Positions 55,772 through 64,000 of a stretch of DNA of 64,000 nucleotides are shown here, one piece after another. The DNA is taken from contig JAHJQF010000001.1 in assembly GCA_018819405.1 (NCBI GenBank), forward strand, positions 665,676-729,675. The letters run 5' to 3'. Numbering within the stretch: the stretch's first letter is position 1; each line of letters opens with the position of its first letter. Under the pieces are notes generated by a model. That model did not search any database and had not been told where the DNA came from. It saw nothing but the letters and a program-made list of their open reading frames with translations. Origin of the DNA: Patescibacteria group bacterium. Lineage in GTDB: Bacteria; Patescibacteriota; Patescibacteriia; UBA1558; GWA2-36-10. The position numbers and the translations under genes were made by a program.

Positions 55772-57268
55772 ATGTCTGAAGTAATTTATAGAAAGTACCG
55801 ACCTAAAACTTTCAAAGAGGTCGTTGGTCAGAAGCCGATAAAAATTACCCTAGAAAATGAAATAGTAAGTGGGCATATTGCCCACGCTTATTTATTTGTC
55901 GGACCTCGTGGCACTGGTAAAACAACTTTAGCTAGATTGTTTGCCCGTTCTTTAAATTGTTTAAATAGGCCAAACAAAGAAGCTGAGCCCTGTAATGAAT
56001 GTCAAATCTGCCAACTTATACTATCTGGGCAAAGTATGGATATTATAGAAATAGACGCGGCTTCTCACACCGGTGTTGATAATGTACGAGAAAATATTAT
56101 TGCCAATTCTCAGGTGCCTCCCTTTAACAATAAAGGTTTTAAAGTTTTTATTATCGATGAGGTGCATATGCTTTCCAAGTCAGCCTTTAATGCGCTATTA
56201 AAAACTTTGGAAGAGCCGCCAAAAAACGTAATTTTTATATTGGCAACTACAGAAATACATAAAGTACCAGAGACTATTATATCTCGTTGTCAGCGTTTTG
56301 ATTTTAAAAAAATTCCCCTAAAAGATATTGTCAAGAGAATGTCAGAAATTATAGAATGGGAAAAAGTCAGTGTATCTGATAATGTATTGGGTCAGATTGC
56401 TAGACGTAGTGAAGGATGTTTACGTGATGCCGAATCTCTTTTGGGGCAAGTTATTTCTATTAGCTCAGGAGAAGTTACTGATGAGATGGCTTCATTGGTA
56501 TTACCACGCAGCAATTGGCATGAAGTAGATGCTCTAGTAGAATCACTAAGAATGAATAATTTGTCTACCGCTCTCAATCAACTAAACAAATTAGTGGATG
56601 AGGGGATAGACCTAGCTACATTTACCAGTGATCTTATAGATTATCTCCGACAGATTATGCTTTATCAAATTATCGGGCCTAGCTATAATCTTGATTTTGA
56701 TGATAATTTAAGTACTGCCATAAAAAAACACGCCCAAGAATTTCCTTTGGAAAGTCTATCAAAACTATTAGATATACTACTGCGTAGATTGGCAATTAAA
56801 GATTCTGTTATAGATCAACTTCCTCTAGAGTTGGCTTGTGTGGAATTTTTATTGGATAAAGAAATAGAAAATACAGATGTCAAAAAAGATGAAAAACCAA
56901 ATCAGTTGCCAAAAAAAATCGCTTCTGGAAATGACATAAAAGATATACAATCTCTATGGTCACAAGTTGTAGAAAGTACCAAAGAACTAAATCATTCTAT
57001 TTCTACTGTTTTGATAACCAGCCACCCTTTGACAATTGAGCAAAATTCTATTATTATCGGTCTTGAATATAGTTTCCATAAAGAACAACTAGATAAACCC
57101 ATGGTAAAAAACCATTTAGCTAAGGTATTTGAAGATATATTCGACAAAAAATTCTCAATTGGCTTTGAGATAGATAATAATTATAAAGAAAATCACCAGA
57201 ATTTTAAGGGTAAAAATGAAAATGGAGTAGGTGAGGCGCTAGATACTTTTGGTGGCGAGCTACTTTAA
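55772..57268 (+). CDS. dnaX: DNA polymerase III gamma/tau subunit
   Basis: YRKYRP, GPRGTGKT, EIDAAS, IIDEVHML, NALLKTLEEPP, SRCQ. Confidence 0.97.
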   Translation: MSEVIYRKYRPKTFKEVVGQKPIKITLENEIVSGHIAHAYLFVGPRGTGKTTLARLFARSLNCLNRPNKEAEPCNECQICQLILSGQSMDIIEIDAASHTGVDNVRENIIANSQVPPFNNKGFKVFIIDEVHMLSKSAFNALLKTLEEPPKNVIFILATTEIHKVPETIISRCQRFDFKKIPLKDIVKRMSEIIEWEKVSVSDNVLGQIARRSEGCLRDAESLLGQVISISSGEVTDEMASLVLPRSNWHEVDALVESLRMNNLSTALNQLNKLVDEGIDLATFTSDLIDYLRQIMLYQIIGPSYNLDFDDNLSTAIKKHAQEFPLESLSKLLDILLRRLAIKDSVIDQLPLELACVEFLLDKEIENTDVKKDEKPNQLPKKIASGNDIKDIQSLWSQVVESTKELNHSISTVLITSHPLTIEQNSIIIGLEYSFHKEQLDKPMVKNHLAKVFEDIFDKKFSIGFEIDNNYKENHQNFKGKNENGVGEALDTFGGELL

Positions 57269-57278
57269 ATTAATATGT

Positions 57279-57352
57279 TCGGGGATCGTCTAATGGTAGG
57301 ACAACGGGTTCTGGTCCCGTCAATTGGGGTTCGAGTCCCTATCCCCGAGCCA
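57279..57352 (+). tRNA. tRNA-Gln (anticodon CTG)
   Basis: Near-identical to the tRNA at 13760; anticodon loop TT-CTG-GT; encoded CCA. Confidence 0.96.
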
Positions 57353-57537
57353 AGCGAACAAAGTGAGCGCGGGCTCGGGTTAAAAAAATCCGAGTCGGAG
57401 ACGATGTTCCTAAGATGCTGTGCAATGGCACAGCGCCCCGAGCCATGAACCGTTACGGTTCATAGCCGAGCCAGCTAGAAAAAGACGAATATTGTTTCGC
57501 CTTTTTTGTTTATTAAAAAACGAGTAGGGACTCGAAC
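57343..57537 (+). repeat. tRNA-3'-linked repeat units
   Basis: 93-bp unit 57353-57445 matches 13834-13926 at 85/93. tRNA 3' end recurs at 57436-57445 and 57466-57473. Inverted T-arm copy at 57525-57537. Confidence 0.9.
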
Positions 57538-57611
57538 GGGCAGAAGTGAGATTATAGTATTTTTAATATATTTATGCTAATATATAAGCAGATAAAAATT
57601 AATCTAAAACC

Positions 57612-57989
57612 ATGAAAAAAATACTATTATTACTTTTGCTGTTTGCGCCAAAATTAGCTAGTGCTTCTACGCCACCCTCAGACCCTTCAGACCCTTGGGG
57701 CATCAATGACTTTTCCAAAACTAATATTGCCTTGGGCAGTAAACCACTACGTGAGACAATTGGTGGGGTCGTCAATATTGCTTTAGGATTTTTAGGAATT
57801 TTGACTACTTTACTTATCCTGTGGGGCGGCTTTAAATGGATGACTTCTGCTGGTAACTCTGAGCAGGTTGATCAGGCCAAAAGAATTATTAGTGCCGGTG
57901 TCATTGGATTGATTATTGTATTGAGTGCTTATGCTATTTCAAGATATGTCTTGATAGAATTACGTAAAGAAACTGTTGAAGGTGTATAA
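57612..57989 (+). CDS. TrbC/VirB2-like pilin (CPR type)
   Basis: Signal peptide; VNIALGFLGIL..LLILWGGFKWMTSAGN.EQVDQAK.II.AGVIGL. Confidence 0.88.
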   Translation: MKKILLLLLLFAPKLASASTPPSDPSDPWGINDFSKTNIALGSKPLRETIGGVVNIALGFLGILTTLLILWGGFKWMTSAGNSEQVDQAKRIISAGVIGLIIVLSAYAISRYVLIELRKETVEGV

Positions 57990-58028
57990 AATAAAAATTT
58001 AATTTAATAAAATTAATAAACTCTTATT

Positions 58029-58375
58029 ATGAAAAAATTTTCATACTAGGGTTATTATTTCTGCCATCTACAGCTTTAGCAGTTGACCGATGGGGCATCA
58101 ATGACTTTTCCTAAACTAATATTGCTTTGGGCAGTAAACCACTACGTGAGACAATTGGTGGGGTCGTCAATATTGCTTTGGGTTTTTTAGGCATCTTAGC
58201 CACATTACTTATTTTATGGGGCGGTTTTAAATGGATGACTTCTCAAGGTAACTCTGAGCAGGTTGATCAGGCCAAAAAAATTATTGGCGCCGGTGTGGTA
58301 GGATTAGTTATTATCCTAACTGCATATGCAATTTCAAGATTCGTATTGCAATCCTTGTACAACGAGACTATCTAG
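58029..58375 (+). pseudogene. Second pilin copy with a frameshift and a nonsense codon
   Basis: A6 run after ATG (A7 in the first copy) and TAA at 58112-58114 (AAA in the first copy); the rest aligns to the first pilin. Confidence 0.75.
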
Positions 58376-58443
58376 CTATAAGCATTTATGTGCAAGCTGC
58401 TTATTTTTACCTTTTAGGCTTTAGAGTAATAATTTATTTATTC

Positions 58444-58471
58444 AAACACCATCCCTATAGGGATGGTGTTT
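58444..58471. repeat. 28-bp perfect palindrome (terminator-like)
   Basis: aaacaccatcccta|tagggatggtgttt. Confidence 0.7.
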
Positions 58472-58515
58472 ATTATTAGTTACCAAATTTATGATTTTAC
58501 GCTATACTATAGTAT

Positions 58516-59208
58516 ATGAAGCAAGAAGTTCCCAAACACATAGGCATTATTTTAGATGGCAATCGGCGTTGGGCCAAAGCAAAAAATTTGTCCAGCCTAG
58601 AAGGTCATCGTCAGGGTTTTAGTAATGTCAAAAAAATAACCCGATATACATACTCAAAAGGTATTAAAATTTTAAGTATTTATGCTTTTTCTACCGAAAA
58701 TTGGAATCGTAGCAAAGAAGAAGTGAGTTACCTAATGGGATTGTTTAAGTTACTTCTAACTAAAGAAATCAATGCCTTAAATAAAGAGGGGGTAAAAATT
58801 AATATCTTTGGACGTATTAGTGATTTTGATGATAAGTTAAAAAAATTGATTGTCCAAGCTCAAGATAAAACTTCAAAAAATAACAAGGCCATTTTAAATA
58901 TTTGCATCAGCTATGGCGGTAGAGATGAGATTGTGCGGGCTGTCAAAAAAATTGTAGAGCAAAATATACCCGCCAATAAAATAACAGAAGAACTAATCTC
59001 TCAAAATCTAGATTCAGCCAACATTCCAGATCCTGACTTGATAATACGTACTTCTGGTGAATTGAGACTTTCTGGATTTTTGACCTGGCAATCTGTATAT
59101 AGTGAACTGTATTTCCCAAAAGTCACTTGGCCTGATTTTAGCGAAAAAGATTTGGACTTAGCCCTAGAAGAATATAATAAAAGACAAAGACGTTTTGGGG
59201 CTAATTAA
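58516..59208 (+). CDS. uppS: Undecaprenyl diphosphate synthase
   Basis: HIGIILDGNRRWA, YAFSTENWNR, DLIIRTSGE.RLSGF. Confidence 0.97.
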   Translation: MKQEVPKHIGIILDGNRRWAKAKNLSSLEGHRQGFSNVKKITRYTYSKGIKILSIYAFSTENWNRSKEEVSYLMGLFKLLLTKEINALNKEGVKINIFGRISDFDDKLKKLIVQAQDKTSKNNKAILNICISYGGRDEIVRAVKKIVEQNIPANKITEELISQNLDSANIPDPDLIIRTSGELRLSGFLTWQSVYSELYFPKVTWPDFSEKDLDLALEEYNKRQRRFGAN

Positions 59209-59250
59209 TTTTGTGTTATAATAACAAATATAAAAAATAACTATAATTTT

Positions 59251-61329
59251 ATGGCAAAAATCAAAAGAAAAAAAAGAGAGAATACTAAAAATAAAGGTAT
59301 GCTAAACCTTTTAAAAAATAAATTTGGACTTACACCGCTATATCTGATGTTTTTGATCCTTTTATCAGCCGTAGCTTTGGTGATTATAATATCAAATGTT
59401 GACAATGACTCGACTAAAAGTATTGTAAAAAATTTCCCTATTTTAAATAACAATCATAACACTGAACTCAAAAAATTTGCTTCAGCTGAAGAATTTGAAG
59501 ATTATCTACAAAGCAGTGAAGATATCAGTGGCTCTTACAATATGATGGGTATCAGAAATATAGCCATGCCTATGATGGAGGAGTTTGCCATGGATTCGGC
59601 TGTAAAAACTGATTCAGCTATAGGCACTGGTGGCGCCTCATCAATGCCTAATAGGATTTCTGAGACAAATGTCCAGGTTTCTGGCATTGATGAGCCTGAT
59701 ATCCTAAAAACAGATGGAAAAGAAATCTATTTTTCAAATGCTGATACTTACTACTGGCGTATGATGCCTGAGGCGATCCTAGATGTAGAAAGTGATGCTA
59801 TTTTGCCTAGGCCGGATGTATATTATACAACCAAACTATTTAATGCTTGGCCACCTAATGATCTAAAGCTTGATTCAGAAATTAATCTATTGGGAAATCT
59901 ACTTTTATCTGACAACAATCTAATGATACTTTCTGGACAAAGGGTTGATACCTTTGATGTTTCAAATAAGGAAAATCCCGAACAAAAATGGGAATTAAAG
60001 CTTGATAGCCGTAGCAGTATTGTGACTTCACGATTATACAATAACAAATTATATTTGATAGTGCAGAATCCTCTCAATCGCTATAATCCTTGTCCTATTA
60101 TGCCATTATCTATTGGTGGTAGTGATTTAAAAATTGCCTGTACTGATATTTATCACCCTATAAACCCCAGTCCAGTTGATGCGACTTTTGTGGCTATGGT
60201 CATCAATCCTGAAAATGGCCAGGTAGAAAATAAAGTATCCTTTTTGGGTTCGACTTATTCCTCAACTGTCTATATGTCCCAAAAAAATCTATATGTGACA
60301 TATAATGACCAAATTGATATGTTTGAGTTTATGCTAGAATTTTTAAATACAGAAGTTAAAGATTTGCTACCACAAAGTGTCCTAGCCAAATTAAATAAAA
60401 TTAATACTTATGATATTAGTTCAAATTCCAAAATGACTGAAATGCAAATACTTTTGGAAGAATGGCTGTCTTCTACCAATGATGATCAATTACTAAAATT
60501 AGAAAGTGAACTAGAAAATAGAGCTGATAAATATTTTGAGGAACATAAACGCCAAATGTACGGCACAGGTATTGTAAAAATTGGTTTGAATAAACTAGCT
60601 ATTGAAGCTAATGGACGAGTTCCCGGTACTTTGTTAAATCAATTTTCTTTGGATGAATATGATGACCATCTACGAGTAGCTACTACAGTCGGCAATCGTT
60701 GGGGATTTGGTATGTCTGGAGCAGTAGAAGAAGCTAATGATGTCTATGTGCTAGATAAAAATCTTAAGACAGTCGGATCTGTCACTGACTTGGGATTATC
60801 AGAGAGGATATATTCAGCTCGTTTTGTAGGTCCAAATGGATATTTAGTCACCTTTAGACAGACCGATCCATTTTATGTGATTGATCTAAGTGACCACAAA
60901 AATCCAAAAATGGTGGGTGAATTAAAAATTCCTGGTTATTCATCGTACTTACATCCAATATCTGATACTAAAATACTTGGAATTGGCATGGAAGGTGGAC
61001 AGGTAAAAATATCATATTTTGATGTTTCCAATCCGACAGAACCAAAAGAAATTGACAAATATAGTCTGAGTGATTATGGTTCTGATGCTCTTTATAATCA
61101 CCATGCCTTTTTATTAGATTCAAAACACCAAGTATTTTTCTTACCTTCTTACAAAGGCGGCTACGTATTTTCTTATGCCAATGACAAACTGGAGCTAGTC
61201 AGAGCAGTCAGCGTAAATAATGTAAAGCGAGCTTTGTATCTGGAGGATTATATGTATATTGTAGCTGATGAATATATGGCCATACTTGATGAAAACAATT
61301 GGGAAAAAGTAAATGAAATTGATTTCTAA
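59251..61329 (+). CDS. Secreted beta-propeller domain protein (Beta_propel family)
   Basis: SETNVQVSGIDEPDILKTDG, LNQFSLDEY, ERIYSARF, VTFRQTDP, GELKIPGYSSYLHP. Confidence 0.9.
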   Translation: MAKIKRKKRENTKNKGMLNLLKNKFGLTPLYLMFLILLSAVALVIIISNVDNDSTKSIVKNFPILNNNHNTELKKFASAEEFEDYLQSSEDISGSYNMMGIRNIAMPMMEEFAMDSAVKTDSAIGTGGASSMPNRISETNVQVSGIDEPDILKTDGKEIYFSNADTYYWRMMPEAILDVESDAILPRPDVYYTTKLFNAWPPNDLKLDSEINLLGNLLLSDNNLMILSGQRVDTFDVSNKENPEQKWELKLDSRSSIVTSRLYNNKLYLIVQNPLNRYNPCPIMPLSIGGSDLKIACTDIYHPINPSPVDATFVAMVINPENGQVENKVSFLGSTYSSTVYMSQKNLYVTYNDQIDMFEFMLEFLNTEVKDLLPQSVLAKLNKINTYDISSNSKMTEMQILLEEWLSSTNDDQLLKLESELENRADKYFEEHKRQMYGTGIVKIGLNKLAIEANGRVPGTLLNQFSLDEYDDHLRVATTVGNRWGFGMSGAVEEANDVYVLDKNLKTVGSVTDLGLSERIYSARFVGPNGYLVTFRQTDPFYVIDLSDHKNPKMVGELKIPGYSSYLHPISDTKILGIGMEGGQVKISYFDVSNPTEPKEIDKYSLSDYGSDALYNHHAFLLDSKHQVFFLPSYKGGYVFSYANDKLELVRAVSVNNVKRALYLEDYMYIVADEYMAILDENNWEKVNEIDF

Positions 61330-62172
61330 ATGTCGGATGAAATATACCTAAATAAAAGCCAAGAACAAAAGGACTATTACAACCAAACAGCCTCATCTTA
61401 TGATAGATGGCATATTGATCCAGCTAGCGCTAAAGTGGTTGATTTATGGAATTTTGATAATTTAGCCAAATTTTTGGCTAATAAAAAAATTACCAAGGCC
61501 TTGGAACTTGGTTCTGGTACAGGACGTCTAGCTAATAATCTATTTAAGATAGCTAAAAATGTGTATGGTATAGACGCTTCCGAAGCAGTACTCAAAATAG
61601 CCCAAGAAAAATATCCCCAATTAAAATTGACTTGTGGCGAGGTGGTAAATTTACCTTATCAGAATAATTTTTTTGATCTGGTCATTATAAACGGATCTTT
61701 GCACCATTTTTTTGCTGTAGAAAAAACTTTTCAAGAAGCTTACCGTGTATTAAAACCAGGCGGGGCATTTGTGCTGCTAGGTGAGCCTAGTTCTCAATTT
61801 TTAAAAGCTTATAATCCGTTTTTTTATTTTTGGGTTTTAAATAGATTAGTGGCAAAAATATTTAGTTTGCTCTTTGGCCAAAAATTTAATAATGAAATTA
61901 TAGAGCCTGATGCGGAGAGTTATAAACCTTGGCTTTTAAAAAAACAACTACAAAAGGCTGGGTTTTACACCCACGCTTTTTATACTTATGATTATTTCAA
62001 TAGGTCAAACAACAAACTCTGGCTAAAAATATATCGCTCATACCTAAATTTTGAAAACAAAACAATTGCCAAAATTTTTCCATACCTTGGTATGGCCATT
62101 CAAGCTTTTACTATTAAAAAATTAACCCCGCACCTTTTGCCGGGGGATAAAATAATAAAAGATAATAATTAA
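61330..62172 (+). CDS. Class I SAM-dependent methyltransferase
   Basis: LELGSGTG, LPYQNNFFDLV, RVLKPGG. Confidence 0.92.
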   Translation: MSDEIYLNKSQEQKDYYNQTASSYDRWHIDPASAKVVDLWNFDNLAKFLANKKITKALELGSGTGRLANNLFKIAKNVYGIDASEAVLKIAQEKYPQLKLTCGEVVNLPYQNNFFDLVIINGSLHHFFAVEKTFQEAYRVLKPGGAFVLLGEPSSQFLKAYNPFFYFWVLNRLVAKIFSLLFGQKFNNEIIEPDAESYKPWLLKKQLQKAGFYTHAFYTYDYFNRSNNKLWLKIYRSYLNFENKTIAKIFPYLGMAIQAFTIKKLTPHLLPGDKIIKDNN

Positions 62173-62195
62173 TCGCACAAAAGGTGCGGGGTAAA
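62122..62195. mobile_element. Palindromic insertion of a sister family (CCCCGCACC ends)
   Basis: TTAA[ccccgcaccttttg...caaaaggtgcgggg]TAAA; 14-bp perfect inverted repeat ending 6 nt before the ddl ATG. Confidence 0.65.
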
Positions 62196-62197
62196 TT

Positions 62198-63088
62198 ATG
62201 AAAGTAGCTGTTTTGACAGGATCAGAAAGCTCAGAAAGAAGTGTTGCTTTAGCCTCATCAAAAAATGTTGTTGAAGCGCTGAGCAAAAAACATCAAGTAG
62301 ACATATATGATTTTCCAACTGATCTGGACAAATTTTTGAACAACTATAAAAATTATAATGCCGCCGTACCTGTTTTTCATGGCCCAGGAGGAGAGGATGG
62401 GAAAATCCAAGGATTTTTAAACACCCTAAAAGTTCCTTTTATTTTTTCTGATGTAGAGGCTCATGCGGTTGCTATGGACAAGGGTCTTAGCAAATTTATT
62501 GCGGAAAAAATTGGTTTGCTTACCTCAGCTTATAAAATTATTTATAATTATCAAGATTTAGATTTTACCAAGCCAGTAGTTGTCAAACCTCTGGTCGGCG
62601 GTAGCTCCATAGGCATATCTATTGTTCATGACAAAAATTCCTTGGACAAAGCTCTGAAAAATGCTTTTAATTACTCAGATAAGGTATTGATAGAGGATTA
62701 TATAGAGGGAAAAGAACTAACTGTAGCGGTCATTGATCAAAATGATGAAACAATTGCTCTGCCAGTTATAGAGGTCAGGTCAAAGAATAATTTTTTTGAT
62801 TATGAAAGTAAATATGACGCCACACTAGCTGAGGAAATATGTCCGGCACCAATCAGTGAAAAATTAGCCAAAGAGCTACAAAGCCAGGCTATCAAAATCC
62901 ACCAAGCTATCGGCATAAGGCATATTAGCCGCACAGATTTTATAGTTTCGGACAATAAAATATATTTTTTAGAAGTAAATACTATACCGGGAATGACTAA
63001 TGAATCCTTGCTCCCAAAAGCTATAAAAGCGGCTAATAAAGATTTTGGCCATTTACTGGATATGTGGTTAAATTCCGTAATAAAATAG
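62198..63088 (+). CDS. ddl: D-alanine-D-alanine ligase
   Basis: SSERSVALAS, FHGPGGEDG, GGSSIG, FDYESKY, EVNTIPGMT. Confidence 0.96.
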   Translation: MKVAVLTGSESSERSVALASSKNVVEALSKKHQVDIYDFPTDLDKFLNNYKNYNAAVPVFHGPGGEDGKIQGFLNTLKVPFIFSDVEAHAVAMDKGLSKFIAEKIGLLTSAYKIIYNYQDLDFTKPVVVKPLVGGSSIGISIVHDKNSLDKALKNAFNYSDKVLIEDYIEGKELTVAVIDQNDETIALPVIEVRSKNNFFDYESKYDATLAEEICPAPISEKLAKELQSQAIKIHQAIGIRHISRTDFIVSDNKIYFLEVNTIPGMTNESLLPKAIKAANKDFGHLLDMWLNSVIK

Positions 63089-63193
63089 ATATTAAATTCT
63101 AGTCCACGCTAATTCTTGTTTTTTTACTGTCTTATCTTGCCAAATCTGCTATTTGTGCTAAAATACTGACATTGTGATTTTACCTAAGAATAT

Positions 63194-64000
63194 ATGAATA
63201 AATACAGTAAAGTTTCAAACATTGGCCAAGTAACAACCACAAAGGTAAGGATAACCTTTGTCTTTATTTTTTTACTTACTTTATTTGGCGCTATGATTGT
63301 CTGGCCTAGTTCCCCGGGCTGGTTTGGTAAATTTAAGGTCCACTTGGGCCTAGATTTACAAGGGGGTACTCATTTGGTCTATCAGGCTGATGTATCAGCT
63401 CTTGATAATGCCGAAAAAAAAGATGGTGTAGAGGCACTACGAGAAGTAATAGAGCGTCGTGTCAATGCTTTTGGAGTTTCCGAACCAGTTGTTCAAACCA
63501 ACTATAGTGGCGATAACTATCGTATTATAGTTGAGCTGGCTGGTGTAAAAGATGTCAATGAAGCAATTTCTATAATTGACAAAACACCTTTATTGGAATT
63601 TAAAATACAAGGTGAAGCCGCTCCTATCCCAAGCGATGAAAATACTGATCAGGCTGAAGATCCAATTTTGATAAAAGCCAATGAAGTATTGGCCAGTGCT
63701 TTGGCTGGTGAAGATTTTGCCCAATTAGCCAAGGAATATAGTGAAGATCCCGGCTCATCAGTAAATGGAGGAGACCTTGATTATGTTTCACGCGGAGTTT
63801 TTGTACCAGAATTTGATAAAGCTATTTTTGATGATTTAAAGCCCAATGAAATATCTCCAGAGCTTGTAGAATCGCAATATGGTTATCATATTATCAAAAA
63901 GTATGATGAAAGACTAAATGACCAAGGTGAAATAGAAGTCCATGCCGCCCATATTTTGTTTAGAAAAGATGATGCTGATTTATCAAATATTGTCTGGGAA
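63194..64000 (+). CDS. secD: SecD (partial, runs off the window) with an inserted parvulin PPIase domain
   Basis: LGLDLQGG, ERRVNAFGVSEP, RIIVELAG, then FAQLAKEYSEDPGS..NGGDL, FVPEFDKAIF, SQYGYHII. Confidence 0.93.
   Translation, partial: MNKYSKVSNIGQVTTTKVRITFVFIFLLTLFGAMIVWPSSPGWFGKFKVHLGLDLQGGTHLVYQADVSALDNAEKKDGVEALREVIERRVNAFGVSEPVVQTNYSGDNYRIIVELAGVKDVNEAISIIDKTPLLEFKIQGEAAPIPSDENTDQAEDPILIKANEVLASALAGEDFAQLAKEYSEDPGSSVNGGDLDYVSRGVFVPEFDKAIFDDLKPNEISPELVESQYGYHIIKKYDERLNDQGEIEVHAAHILFRKDDADLSNIVWE

Noticed and set aside
56881-56889. E. coli-type A-AAA-AAG dnaX frameshift site
   Set aside because: The AAAAAAG is phased AAA-AAA-G, which is not the slippery phase.
57343-57473. CRISPR-like repeat-spacer array after tRNA-Gln
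   Set aside because: The repeat is only 8-10 nt of tRNA 3' end and the spacers are very unequal; reported as tRNA-linked repeats instead.
52626-58375. Conjugative element based on the VirD4-like ATPase and pilins
   Set aside because: No relaxase, integrase or VirB operon; these genes are interspersed with housekeeping genes as is typical of CPR chromosomes.
4050-61595. Numerous antisense or alternate-frame ORFs inside core genes
   Set aside because: They overlap confidently identified genes and show no independent motifs or expression signals.

Overview
AT-rich bacterial chromosome segment with the gene content of a Patescibacteria/CPR (Parcubacteria-like) genome; this taxonomy is inferred from CPR-typical genes (PEGA protein, DUF4012, VirD4-like ATPase, TrbC/VirB2-like pilins) and from housekeeping genes that lack Shine-Dalgarno motifs. 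Core genes include murA, ctpA, rplI, pyrG, pduL-ackA, recJ, rnhA, holB, frr, rseP, proS, mreBCD-mrdA, greA, a second mreB, a surface-polysaccharide cluster, murJ, lepA, dnaX, uppS, ddl and a partial secD, plus two tRNA-Gln genes and RNase P RNA. Four non-obvious layers sit on this backbone. (1) A dispersed family of short palindromic insertions, YCCCGTTAGAAATT...AATTTCTAACGGGR, flanked by 4-bp direct repeats ending in AA. Four well-preserved copies sit exactly inside start codons (ATGAA...RTGAA), splitting each gene into an MNPVRN-leader uORF and a regenerated start codon. Their outer arms are conserved while inner arm copies have decayed. This is the strongest candidate for an undescribed system. 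(2) GC-rich, SD-led orphan gene cassettes, most with their own sigma70 promoter and terminator, several of them decaying. (3) Tandem c-di-GMP-II riboswitches upstream of a pseudo-receiver gene in one such cassette. (4) Structured 93-bp units that duplicate the 3' end of both tRNA-Gln genes, with a related motif inside RNase P RNA expansions. No CRISPR array, transposase or integrase is visible. All assignments are by eye; no database searches were run.
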